Shown in pieces: positions 25,560 to 37,287 of a stretch of 64,000 nt of DNA. The position numbers were made by a program, and so were the translations under genes. How positions within the stretch are numbered: the stretch's first letter is position 1; each line of letters begins with the position of its first letter. Source of the DNA: Epiperipatus broadwayi (lineage: Eukaryota > Animalia > Onychophora); contig JAQFVV010000002.1 of NCBI GenBank assembly GCA_028023455.1, positions 12,462,001 to 12,526,000 of the forward strand. Direction: 5' to 3'. The notes under the pieces were generated by a model, which searched no databases, was not told the DNA's origin, and saw only the letters and a program-made list of their open reading frames with translations.

Positions 25560-26860
25560 TGCTAAAATAAATTTCTTCCAATACCAAGATGTTTTACACT
25601 TTTGGGACTTTTATTCTCTTATATAACTTACTTTACCAATTCAAGATTATATTTTTTTATATGTCATTATTAACTTCTTTTGTATCATTTTACAAAATTC
25701 TAGATATTCATTTCTTTTTAATGAATGGATTTTTAAAAGTTTTCACATTCCTACTTTTCTTCATACATTGATATGTCTCAGTAGAATATTTGCTGGTAAA
25801 TTACTTCTTTTATATCATCTATCCTCCTTGCAGTTGTTAATAAAATATTAGTTATCTTCTTATTGATTTAGTTTCAAAATCTGTTAACATTTTAAAACAA
25901 TTTGAAAATTCTAATTTAAATTCATTGGAGTATTTTTGAAGCTTTTTTTAATAGTTGTTCTCCGTCTAGTTTTCTATTTACATGTATTATACATTTCACT
26001 AATCAAAGATCACTTTCTATGTTAAATCTACTAAAAGCACTGCAATATTGAAATAGATATTTTCCATTAGTCAAAATATAATTCAATTTTGTTGCACTTT
26101 TATTTGGATGCTTCCATGTCCATTTCTGTTTATCATTTTTCTCAAACAAAGAATTCATAAATTTTTTTTTGAGGGTTAATGTGAGGAGAGAGGGGTCCCT
26201 CAAAATTATAAAGCGAAAAACTTTTATATATAATTATATTTTCTCTAAAAAAAAAATATATATTTTACATATAGTGAGAAGTAAAGCTATATATATAATA
26301 TATAATTGTTTTTTTTTCTGTGAACTCTACAAGTCTATGTTCTTTTTTATTTCTGTCACCATAGTCAAATTTACCCACAACAGTTTTAACTTTCAATTGT
26401 TTTATCATTTCTAGCAAATAATTTAAGTTTAAGCCAATTGTAATTATGGTATTATTAATTGTGAAATTATAATTAATTAAGAAAAGGATGGTGATTTTCA
26501 GTTGTTACTATCTTTGCAATGATAATCAATTAGAAATAAAATAATAAATATTAAATTCAAACAGCATTAACATATAGAAAAACTTTACATCTTCATTACA
26601 ATAAGAACTTGTTGGAGTATAAACCTGAATTATTTGCACTTGGCATCTTTCATTAATTTGAATATCTTGCCATTCTGATATTCATTTTTTATTTATAATG
26701 AATTCCATTTCACTTGTCCTTCCAATATTTGTGTTTTTGTAGTAAAGCATAGGTCCATTTTCAAAATTAATTATCTCAACACCTTCTGACTAAACAAAGA
26801 TTAACAATATTCCATTTAATATCTTCCTTCACTTGAAGGTGATCTGGGTTATAGATATTT
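25560..26860 (-). mobile_element. RTE-clade LINE, APE endonuclease region, interrupted
   Basis: ORF 26003-26203 reads FEKNDKQKWTWKHPN...LNYILTN...FNIESDL (cf. RTE KWTWxSP...IDYIL...SDH). Homologous sequence occurs at 32560-33100. Confidence 0.7.
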
Positions 26861-29800
26861 AAATAAAAAATTGTTGATTTTTAGACTGGATCTGCAAACA
26901 GGAGTTTAGCACTATCTACCTTCTGTCACCAACTCCTGCCCCAGCTGGTGCACTTTAAACTTTCCTGGAAAAAGAGCCATAACTTAATTTTGATTGTCAT
27001 GTTTGTAAATACTTATTAAAAAAATTTTTCACACATTCTTCCTGCTTCAAAGAAAACTCAACTAATATTTCAGTTAAGAACTATCAGGCAGCCAAGAAGA
27101 AAAGTTATATTTATTGATTTTAAATGCAGAAGTTAAAAAAAACCCAATTAATTGATACATGTTAGTGATTAGCCCATGAATGATCACATTCCAATAACAG
27201 CTGCAATGATAAGCATATATGGTCTGAACATTAAGGATTTACTATGCTTAGCTTTGTAAAGCCTCAAAGAGGTATCAGACGCTTCCTTTCAATCAATAAC
27301 AAACTCCTTTCTGCAGCCTCTTTACAGGAATAATTGGTGCTCAGTTTCTATTTAAAAACAACTGGGTTCAAATCAAAATTTGATTTCATAAAATTGTATT
27401 TTGATTAATGTTCAGATAATGATATACTTTTATGCAAGCTCAATCCTTTTAACATTTGTTTTCTCTTGCAATTTATTTTCACTTTAATTTACATAGAAAT
27501 TCGACAGTCCAAAACACTTAAAAATTCAAAATTTCAAGTTGGTCTATAAATGTTTAACCTTTTATTATCATTACATAAAAACATGATAATATCATTGTAA
27601 ATCACATTTGACACAGAAATAATAAATATAAAATTTTTTAGTTCCATATTTTTATATTTTTAGGTAGAACTTTGGATTTGGTAGAGTAACAAAATAATGA
27701 CTAGCAGCAGGAGAGAAATTAATAGTTTTGCAAAATATGAATATTTATATGCTAACTAACTTTTACAATTTTCAGAAAGTTGATTGGAATCAGACTTTTG
27801 GCTGAGTTAAATTTTGTATAAGTAAGAATTTTAATTATAATTAATTTTTATTCTTGGCAACCAAATAACATGATTCTTAGCATCCCATTCAAATGTTTTG
27901 GTTCCTTTCTAACTAAATATATTTAATTGAAATTAATTTCTTTATTTTAGTAAAGAAAATTTATTAAACTATTTATTAAATTTTACATAAATAAAGTTTG
28001 CAAACATAATCACATTTCAATTACACAATGCATGTTTTATGTAATAAATGTATGATATGTACCAACCTCATGATGTAAAAACACATTCATTTATTATACC
28101 CTAGAATCTAGATTTAAATCTGGATTAGATAAGCTTATGCAGTGATGGACTATTCCATTCTGGAGCATAAGATCAATTGGACTGATTCCAGTTCTGGAAC
28201 TCAAAATTCTTATGAACTTCTGAGGAATAAACCATGAGATTATTTTCATATATGTTTAATTGATAGTTACATAGTATGACAGATATATGAAATTATTCTA
28301 TACAAAATTGGTATAAAATCATATCTGATAAAAAAAAATTATTCTTCAAATTGAATTATTTTGTGTAAAATTGCTATTTAATTATTATTGTCTTATAAAT
28401 ATCACTTATTCTTATGTTTTTTCAAAGATCCTTAAAATACTGAACAATTTAAATAATTACTTGTATTCTATCAATTTTCTATTTTACAGCTTTATTTTTC
28501 ATGCTGTACTGTATTTAAAATATTAATTTCTTTTTTCTATTATAAATGTACATGTACAAGACTGTAACCAGATTCCAAAGTATTTGTTTTTCAATCATGG
28601 TTGAAATGTTTGGTTAACCTATTATTTAGTAAAATTCCTAACAAAACTTTCATCATTAACTGTTTTAAATTGAATCTAGATCCCACATGTGTCTTATGTA
28701 ATAATCATCCAAAAGGTATGATTGTCATTTTTTAAACCTGTCCATATATCTCATTCTTATAAGGGATGCCATCTTTATTGTTAAAAGGTTGCCTTGACAA
28801 CAGTCTGAAATTGTTGATTGCTATTGATATTGGAATTGTCTAAGTGTTAACTGGTTATTAATAATTATAACACTTTGTATTATATAAGTTATGAATCATG
28901 CATCATGTAATTTTTTTCTCCTGTATATATATTAATACTTGTATATAATTTGTTATTAATAAAGTTTATTTTATTAAAAAGAGTATTTGATCCTAGATCT
29001 TTCACATTTAGTCCTGACTGTCTTAGTAAATAAGAACAAAAGTTAAGTTTCCTCCAACAGTATAACATTTTTTTAAGAGCAATCATCAATTTTAAGACTG
29101 TTTATAAATCTTATCATAGACCCTTCATTAGTTTTAAATTTCATGCTGAAATGCATCTTCATAAAGCACTTAAATGCATCTCTATTTTCTTCATACTGAT
29201 GTATTAGATACAGTCCTTGTATTTTACTTAGGATTCTCATTTTATTAAAAATATAACATATTTTATTCAATAAATTTTTGACATTTTAAGATAATCAGAT
29301 ACTACCACCCTTGTCAGAAATGTTGTGGCTGGAACTTGTCAGTCAACATATTTCTTTAAATGTATTCAATTAAAGACTGATATTTTGGTTTGAATTTGAG
29401 TTGAATGTTCTTTATAGTTGTATGTATATGATTTAGATTACTGCAATAATTGAAGATGATTAATTTTGTTAGGAAACATTATAGTTAGTGTTGTTTGATT
29501 TTGAGAGTTTAGATTCTTGTTTATTTAATGAATGTATTCTGTTTCTAACTGAATAATTCATGGATGTTCAACAAAATTCAAACATAGGGGAAACTTTCCA
29601 CTAGCACAATCATTATGTAATCAGTTTATGGCATATAAAACAAAAAATATTGTTATCTTTTAGAGCAATGATGATAGGTACCATGTCTAGTATGATTCTG
29701 GGGTTAGATGGAATCTATTCTATTGCTTCATCTTTTTTTAATTTTAGGAAGACCTTCCGCTTTTTTTATTGGCTAAAGTAGGAATCAATTGCTTGACTTT

Positions 29801-30924
29801 TTTTTAAATGTCTATAATGTTTTTAAATTCAGAATTTTATTTTTGAGTAGTTTTTGTCAATGTGGCAGTATCATAATGGGTTAATATTTTTGTAATTTTA
29901 TAGTCAATTTCACTTTGATTTCTTTTTTAAATACAGTATTGACTATTGGGTTAAGAAAAAATTTCAATAATGTATATATAAATACAAATCACATTTAAAC
30001 AAAATTAATTAATCCATTATTCAACCCTATTCTGAATACAGTTTTGCCAAATAAAGAATGGCATGGACTTTTTTTCAATAATTATTTATTTTCACAAATA
30101 TCTATAAATTAAAGGAAATACACATTAGCTTTGATGTTTTAAACATTCTTAATTGTAAATTATATTCTTTTATGAAAAGTGGATTTACTACTAATTCTTT
30201 TTTACTTTTTCTATCTTCTCTTGCAATATATTTTGTTGTACAATTCTGTGAAAACATAGGATTGAATTTTGAAAGTTTTAATCAGATTTTATTTGTATTT
30301 CTTCCCATAAAAATATTTTTTCTTCAATTCTTGAGAAAATAGTTCTTTTTTTTTCTCAATCCTGTTTTATGTTTTATTGAACAACTATTCTTTTGATATA
30401 ATTATTTAAATATTTCTTCTTGGTTTAATATATTTCTTAATCTTTGTGGCTTAACAATTTTTTTTACTTTTTTTAAATTCTTATAGACTTAAGTACCTTT
30501 TTAAAAACTTTTATTCTCACCTATTGAGACATTAATAGAGATGGATTCTCATTTATTTAGAGATGCAAATGCAACTGTTAAAATTGTTTTTTTTTATCTA
30601 TTGAATTATTATTATCAGATCTGAAGTTTTTAAAAAATGTGTTATTTCTTTCAGCATTTGTTTAGTAAGATAAAGCTTTATTTGTCCCAATAAAATAAAT
30701 ACTTTCTAACATGACAATCTTCACAATAATCTTTAGAATCAGTACAAATTGTTTTTTACAGCTTAAATCGCCTGTGCTTTTACAATTACATGTTGAAGAC
30801 TTCTAATATTTTTTTTATTAATTTATTAATCAATAAATATGTAAAACAATATTTTTTTATATTTTGTAACAACTATATATAATCACCATCTTCTTACATC
30901 TTTAAGCAAGTAATGTTTATCATT

Positions 30925-30970
30925 ATAATAAGTTTCGACTGTTCCTAGCAGTCTTCTTCAGATCTCAATC
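30925..30970 (-). ncRNA. PLE-type hammerhead-like motif, core boxes intact but stems I/III not formed
   Basis: Minus strand CTGAAGA A GACTG CTAGGAA CAGTC GAAAC (30961 to 30932) has a perfect 5-bp stem II. The downstream sequence does not pair with the upstream flank. Confidence 0.6.
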
Positions 30971-32149
30971 TATTCCTCTAAACTTTCTTTTTCCACCATT
31001 TACTGTTATTATAATAATAAACATTATTTGTTTAAAGGTATAAAATGATGGTGATTGTTTAATAAGATATATAGTTGTATGTGAATAAGCAAAATTACTG
31101 AAGAAGGAAGAAGTATATATAGAATATTTTGTAACTGAATGTCAGCTCACACAGAGAAGAACAGTCTCCATTGAAAGCATTACAACCAGATGTAACATTT
31201 AGTTATAATTTAAAAAAAGACACTAATTTTTGACTTGTTCTGCTTGAATGTTACTTCCTCATCTCAAATTACACTTTCTATTGTTCTTTACTTTAATTTC
31301 CTTTTTTGGAATATTGCTTAATCGTTGTACCAATTATCGAATAAAGCAATTACTGTATTTGACAACACTCCAAGAACATACTTAACTGTTAACAAAATCA
31401 CATACTTAGAAGTTGATACTATTAAGAAACTGGTTGAAATTTAACTTAGAGCTTTCTAAAGATTCACTTGGTTATCTGTACAAGTTAAATCATTATTTTT
31501 AGCATAGGAATATAACTTTAGATTACAAATGTTTCTGTTATTTGTGATTGAAGTTTTATTTTTACAAATATCTATTTAAGAAATTTTTCTGTTCCAAAAT
31601 CAGCAATTTGATCCACAATCTTAAATTAGACTCTTTTAGATTCAGCTTCTCTGAAAAGAAAATTATAAAAGCAGTCATTTAATAATATACTAAATTATTA
31701 AAAGATATAGTTATATATTGTGTACTCAATCTTTTTAAAAATGAAAAAATATTTCATCAATTTCTCATTGGGGCATGGGACACTTTTTTTTGGTATTGAT
31801 CTTTTTCCCCCTCAAAAAGATAAAATGTTTTGGAGAGATGAAATTTCCCAGTTATAAATTTTTACCATTAATTTATTAAAATATTTTTTATTATAGTTTT
31901 TTTTTATTTTAACAAATAAAAAATTTATTAGTGATTAAATTACTTTGTAATAAACTCTTACTGATATTCAATTTCTTAGTACTACTTTATAGTCTAATCA
32001 CTACTATTACATTTGATAACTGTTTTTAGAACACGTGCCAAAGTTTTAAAACACAGCAGAAATGCTTATTTTGAATCAAATCAGATTTTTTTTTGTTTTT
32101 TATAATCTAAAAATCCAGTGCAATGTGGCAACTTATTTTAATTTAGCGA

Positions 32150-33420
32150 TTTTTTTTCTTAATACTTGGATTCCATACCCTCCATGTTATCATACCTGTT
32201 TTTAGTAATAAGCCATTTTTATTGTTGGAATTACTTTTCTTGAAGAACCAAAATGTTATTTTATATCAATGAGAATTTTTTTTTTTAAAGCCTTTCTTAA
32301 TATTGGGATATAAAATAATGTATTATTATCTTTTCAACTTTTTTAAAAATTGTAATAAGTCCACAGCTTATTGTAGATAATTTTAGTGAATGTCCCGATT
32401 GGAATGATTAATAGCTGATAGTGTCTGTAATTTATAATATCTGATTTTTTTTTCATTTTTAAATATAAACAACATAAGTGTATTCTTCTAGTTATCATAA
32501 AAATTTGTCCATAACTTCATAATCTGTTTCTTTTAAACTATATATAATCATTACATTATTTGATATTTTCTATTCTTCATAGCTTTTATTGAGACTCCTC
32601 AACTCTTCATTCAAAATATGCATCACTTTCTATGTTAAATGTCACCATTGCATGGCCAGCTTTGTTTTCTGGTTCATTACTTCATGATGTCATATCTGAA
32701 TATAGAAATAATGTCATTTTTATATTGCTAAATTTTTTCTCTTGTAATGACATAAAGTCATTTTGCATCTTTAAGAGTTTTCTTCTCTGTACCTTTTCTT
32801 ATTATTTCATAGTTGTTTTTATTATTAATTGTTGTTTATATTTTATAGAATTCTAGATATTCAGTTCTTTCAAATAGTCTACTTCAAATTATTTTTATAT
32901 TTTTCTTTGTATATATAGTCTTGTTTCATTAAAATATTTATAATGAGTGACTGTTTTTGTTTGTATTGTCTCTGTCTATATTTCTTAGTAGAGTATATGT
33001 TGCATTGTTACTGATCTTATTCAAGCTTGAGTCATCTTCAAAATCTGTTTATATTTTAAAACAATTTGTAACTTGTAGATTAAATTCATTGTAGTGTATC
33101 TAAGAGTTGAGAATATTAATTGTTAACATGGACTTTCTTTGTAGATTTGTATTAACACATTAAAATCTTTTCCCCATTATTTAGTATACAAAGTTTTGAT
33201 AGATTAACACTTAACAAAACATCATAAAGAAATCTGTAGAGATTCCAATCAAATAGATTCATTAAACTATTTTTAATATTCTGCAGTCATTAATTATGTA
33301 CTTTATGGTTGCCTACATTTACATAGATCAGTGGTTGATAACTTTTATTTATAAAACACATGAGCACACTGATGATGAATTATCCAGTATCTGTTGATAA
33401 GATTCCAGAAGGAAGTTGAC
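32150..33420 (-). mobile_element. RTE-clade LINE internal fragment
   Basis: Similar to 25560-25950. The minus translation near 32300-32420 resembles the RT N-terminal (YRPISLL...IFTKII) region. Confidence 0.55.
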
Positions 33421-34179
33421 TTTATTTAGGACATCACAGTTTTGAAATATATATTTTCTGTTAGTCAAATGTAATGCAACTCTTTTTCAACATTCATTCA
33501 GATGCTTTCATATCCTCTTCTCTTTGGATTTTTCTCAAAAAGAATTAATAATATACAGGAAATTTTTTCTAAAAATTCCATAAGTTGATGTATTTTATTT
33601 TTGCATCCATATTTGAATTTATCCATAATAGCTTTATACTTCAAATCATTGTTGAATTCTATTATTAAAATTATCCATAAAAATTTTAAAATATTGCTTG
33701 TTTTATATAAGAAATCTGAGGAAATGCTTGATTAAAAGATGAATTTTTTTAAGTAACTTATTTTTACAAAATTATTAAATTAGAAAATAATGAAATTAAC
33801 ATTATTCAATTAATATGAGGTTAATATGAGAGTAAATTTAGTACATATGGATACTTTACTTTTACCTACTATGGAATACTTTTTTTTTTAAATAAAAGAA
33901 TATATTATCAATTTGGTATTTCACTATAAGTAGAACAGAGAAAAATAATGTGGAGATTTCTAGGACAAAATTTATTGAGTTTAATAAAAGATACCAAATG
34001 TAAATAATTCAGATTAATAAATCGACTATTCAAAATAAAGAAGTAAAGTACTTTTATATAAATATACAGGATATGTTAAAATACAATGAAGATCAAGACA
34101 AAAATATTTCAAACGTAATTGACAGAAGTATAATATTTATCTCTCTCTTTTTTTTTAGTGAAATGAAAGCTGTCACAAA

Positions 34180-35680
34180 TTTGCTTTAAACTTTATGGTT
34201 GAGACAACAAATCTCGTTAATGATCAATAGCATCAAGACTACCAGCTTTTTGTTTTCAGGAAAATTATCCTATTGAGATTTGTATGGACTAACTCACCAA
34301 GACTTTTTTAAAGACGAGGAAAAACCTTTGATTGGAATTTCCGGATTTGTGGGTCTGACCAAAAGGCTAAAACTAGAACCTAATTTGGTAGACTTTCTGC
34401 TTAAGGTCAGCATCAGAGTCCTACCCACCAGAGTGTTCTTGAGTTGCAGGTGGGGGATTAGGATTGATACAACATACCCGCTGTACAACAAATCCAAAGA
34501 ATCAATTTTCCACATCCTACAATTTTATGACATGTGGAATTCTATATGTAACTGATTCTTGATGCAGATCTCAGATAAAGACATTGCTTGTATAGACATA
34601 CCCAGAGTGATCAAGAAAGGAGAATTTGGTCTGATCAGACTTGCAACACAAGCGAACTTTTCCATCTGGTCAGCCAGAAACATAACGTTTGAAGATGGAA
34701 CTGATGATACAGTGGAATAAATATTTATTAAGAAAATAAAAGAAGCTAGAGTGAAGGATAAGAAGATTTGTCAACAATAGATGGATGATCAGACCTGGTC
34801 TCAAATAAAACTCCCAGGGACATTTGTCATTGATTGAATGAACTGTAATGGATAAAGTAACATAATTATTCTCCAGCAAAAGTCTATGTTAGTTACTAAT
34901 TTAAAATATAACTTAAGCCTTTAATTTACAATGTATTGTTATTTTGGCATCCAGATCTGCAGACGAATGGAGTGAAGTTACTCCACATCTGGACAGGTGT
35001 TGAGAGCTATGTTTAATCTTCTTCAGGAAAATTTTATATATATTAGACACTATGTAATCAAACATTTATGTAATTATTTCTTAGACAGGGTGTTGGGATA
35101 TTTATTTTGTCATTGTGAATTCCCACCCTCTGAATGGTATACTCTGCCTAATAAGCAATCCAGGTCTTCAGAATGAAGGAATGAAGTCACTGCAGTCCTG
35201 GATGGACGAAGAATAGTTTTACAATCCATGTAAATATTAAAATTATATTGCATTTTTGTTTTTGAAATTGTTTGAATAGATGTATTTCATGTACATTTGA
35301 AGTGACATGTTTTGTGATCTGGATGCGCAGGTAATGGAGTGAAGTCCCTGCGGGTCCAGACATATATTACATTATTATAACAATCAGTTCATTTATATTG
35401 CAACTTTCCAATTGTAATGTATTTATGATCCGGCCATTTATGGAACTTTTAGTCTGTAAAAAATTGGTTTATAATTTTGTAACTTGGACGGTGGTTTGTG
35501 TGGGGGGGGGCAGTCTCTGGGCAGATGAGCGGAGTCTTTATGAGATACCTCATCTGGTTGGGGACCATCCACATGGACTGACTATGCTATTGTCCTTTGC
35601 CTTTGTTAATATTATATTGTAAATTTTGACTTTGACCTCATGGTACTTGGCAATGAGGCACAAATAAACTTCTTTTGAAA
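34180..35680 (+). mobile_element. L1/Tx1-like LINE 3' part (ORF2 C-terminus plus long 3' region)
   Basis: RVLPTRVFL...TYPLYNKSKESIFHILQFY is a decayed zf-RVT/CCHC. FSIWSARN matches the IWxxRN motif. AATAAA occurs near 35663. Confidence 0.8.
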
Positions 35681-36100
35681 CTTTAAAATAGTTTCTATTT
35701 TAAAAATCTTTTAAAGCATTTTTTAAATTGTTATATATTATTAATAATACTAACAATATTTGGAATGCAGTATTAAGTTATAAAAGAACTCAGGAAGAAA
35801 TTCTGTTCTTATAGACAAAGAGGCCTATTGTTATTATTTTAGGATGCTTATATTAGAAATGTCATATTGCAAAGATATTTTTAAAAGCAAATTTACCAAA
35901 AGAAAAGATATACAAATAGCAGATAAATGTACAATTAGATAATGAATATCACAATATATATATATTTTAAGGAAAGGAGGAATACCAATAAAATTTATTT
36001 AACTTGCTGCTGGATTTATTTTGAAAAGAAAGCATGTTGGTCTCTCATGCTTAAATTAAATGTTCATACTATTCTTCAGTAAAATAAAAGATATATTTTT

Positions 36101-36209
36101 GTCAAGCATTGGTGGTCGAGAGGTCAGCGACAGCTGCTTTACAAACAGTTGTCCCAGGTTAGCAGATTCGCTTCCCGGCTGATGCTATGACACATGAGAA
36201 AAAAAAAGT
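36101..36209 (+). mobile_element. tRNA-Gly-derived SINE copy
   Basis: GTCAA leader, tRNA-like head, TATGACACATGAG and an A tail. TSD GATATATTTTT (36090-36100, 36210-36220). Confidence 0.9.
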
Positions 36210-36957
36210 GATATATTTTTAAAAAGCATATATTGAAATAGTCTAGAAATAAATGAAAGTAATATAAGCACAAACGAGTTTCCAATATAATTTTTAAAAT
36301 GAAATACTTCGGTTTAAAAATTAAAGAATAAAAACCATGAATATAATTTTACTCACATGGATTTTTTCAGTGAATGTTTAATTATATTTAAAATCTGGTG
36401 GTCTATTTTATATTTTTAAGATGTTAACTAGGAAAAAAAAAAACAATCCAAAGCTGTAACATTATTCTAAAACAAAAAAAAAGAAAGTCAAATGATTTTA
36501 TTTATTATTTTTATAAAGTCATATCTTAGTTTAATGTATAGCTGTAACCAGGTTTGCCATATTATAAAAAAAGCAACGATGTAGAGAAAAATGTTATTGA
36601 TATTTTTATAATTTGAATTTTCTTTAAAGAAAGGAAAGATTGAATGTAAGAGATAAATGATTTAGAATATGCATGTGTCTATCAGATTCTAACATTAATC
36701 TCTCTTCATACCAATAATATCTAGGGACACAATCTGTGACTTTATTTTTTTATTTTATTTATTCATGACTGAGGAGGAATAAAATATTTTCTCTTAGATT
36801 ATAACTATTACTGACACTGATTTCTGTTACTTAAAACTAGTTTAAATAACATTATCTAAATTTCATGCTGAAAATTACAAATATGAAATCAATTGCTTAT
36901 TATTTATGCTTTTTTTTAATCAATTAAATTAATTGTCCATCAAAATATTTTACATTT

Positions 36958-37055
36958 GTCAAGCATTGGTAGTCGAATGGTCAGGACAACTGCTTTACAA
37001 GCAGTTGTCCCGGGATAGTGGGTTCACTTCCTGGCTGATGCTATGACACATGAGA
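36958..37055 (+). mobile_element. tRNA-Gly-derived SINE copy
   Basis: Same family as above, with the 16-bp TSD AAAATATTTTACATTT (36942-36957, 37056-37071). Confidence 0.9.
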
Positions 37056-37230
37056 AAAATATTTTACATTTGAAAGTAGATTGTCTGATGTCTCCCTCTT
37101 TATTGTGTCTTTGTATTATGAAAGAACTTTTTGAATTTTCATAATCTAAATATTTAATAGAAATAATAAACACTTCCATACTTCCCCATTCTTTTTAAAT
37201 TCATATAAATAAAGATATAATAAAAGACAA

Positions 37231-37287
37231 ATGACCCCCAAGATGCATTTCGTGCTGAACCAGCACTCATCAGTTGGCCCAGGTCAC
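37231..37287 (-). ncRNA. Minimal type I hammerhead ribozyme, apparently intact
   Basis: Minus strand GUGACC UGGG CCAA CUGAUGA GUGCUG GUU CAGCAC GAAA UGCA UC^UUGG G GGUCAU. It has both core boxes, a 6-bp stem II, a bulged stem I, a palindromic AUGCAU stem III and an AUC cleavage triplet (predicted cut between 37242 and 37241). Confidence 0.88.

Noticed and set aside
26885-26958. Candidate terminal exon WICKQEFSTIYLLSPTPAPAGAL*
   Set aside because: It lies immediately at the 5' end of the minus-strand RTE element and is more simply explained as its GC-richer leader.
28560-31500. Possible minus-strand PLE body around the HHR-like motif at 30932-30961
   Set aside because: Only weak, heavily interrupted resemblance to RT and endonuclease motifs, not enough to call.
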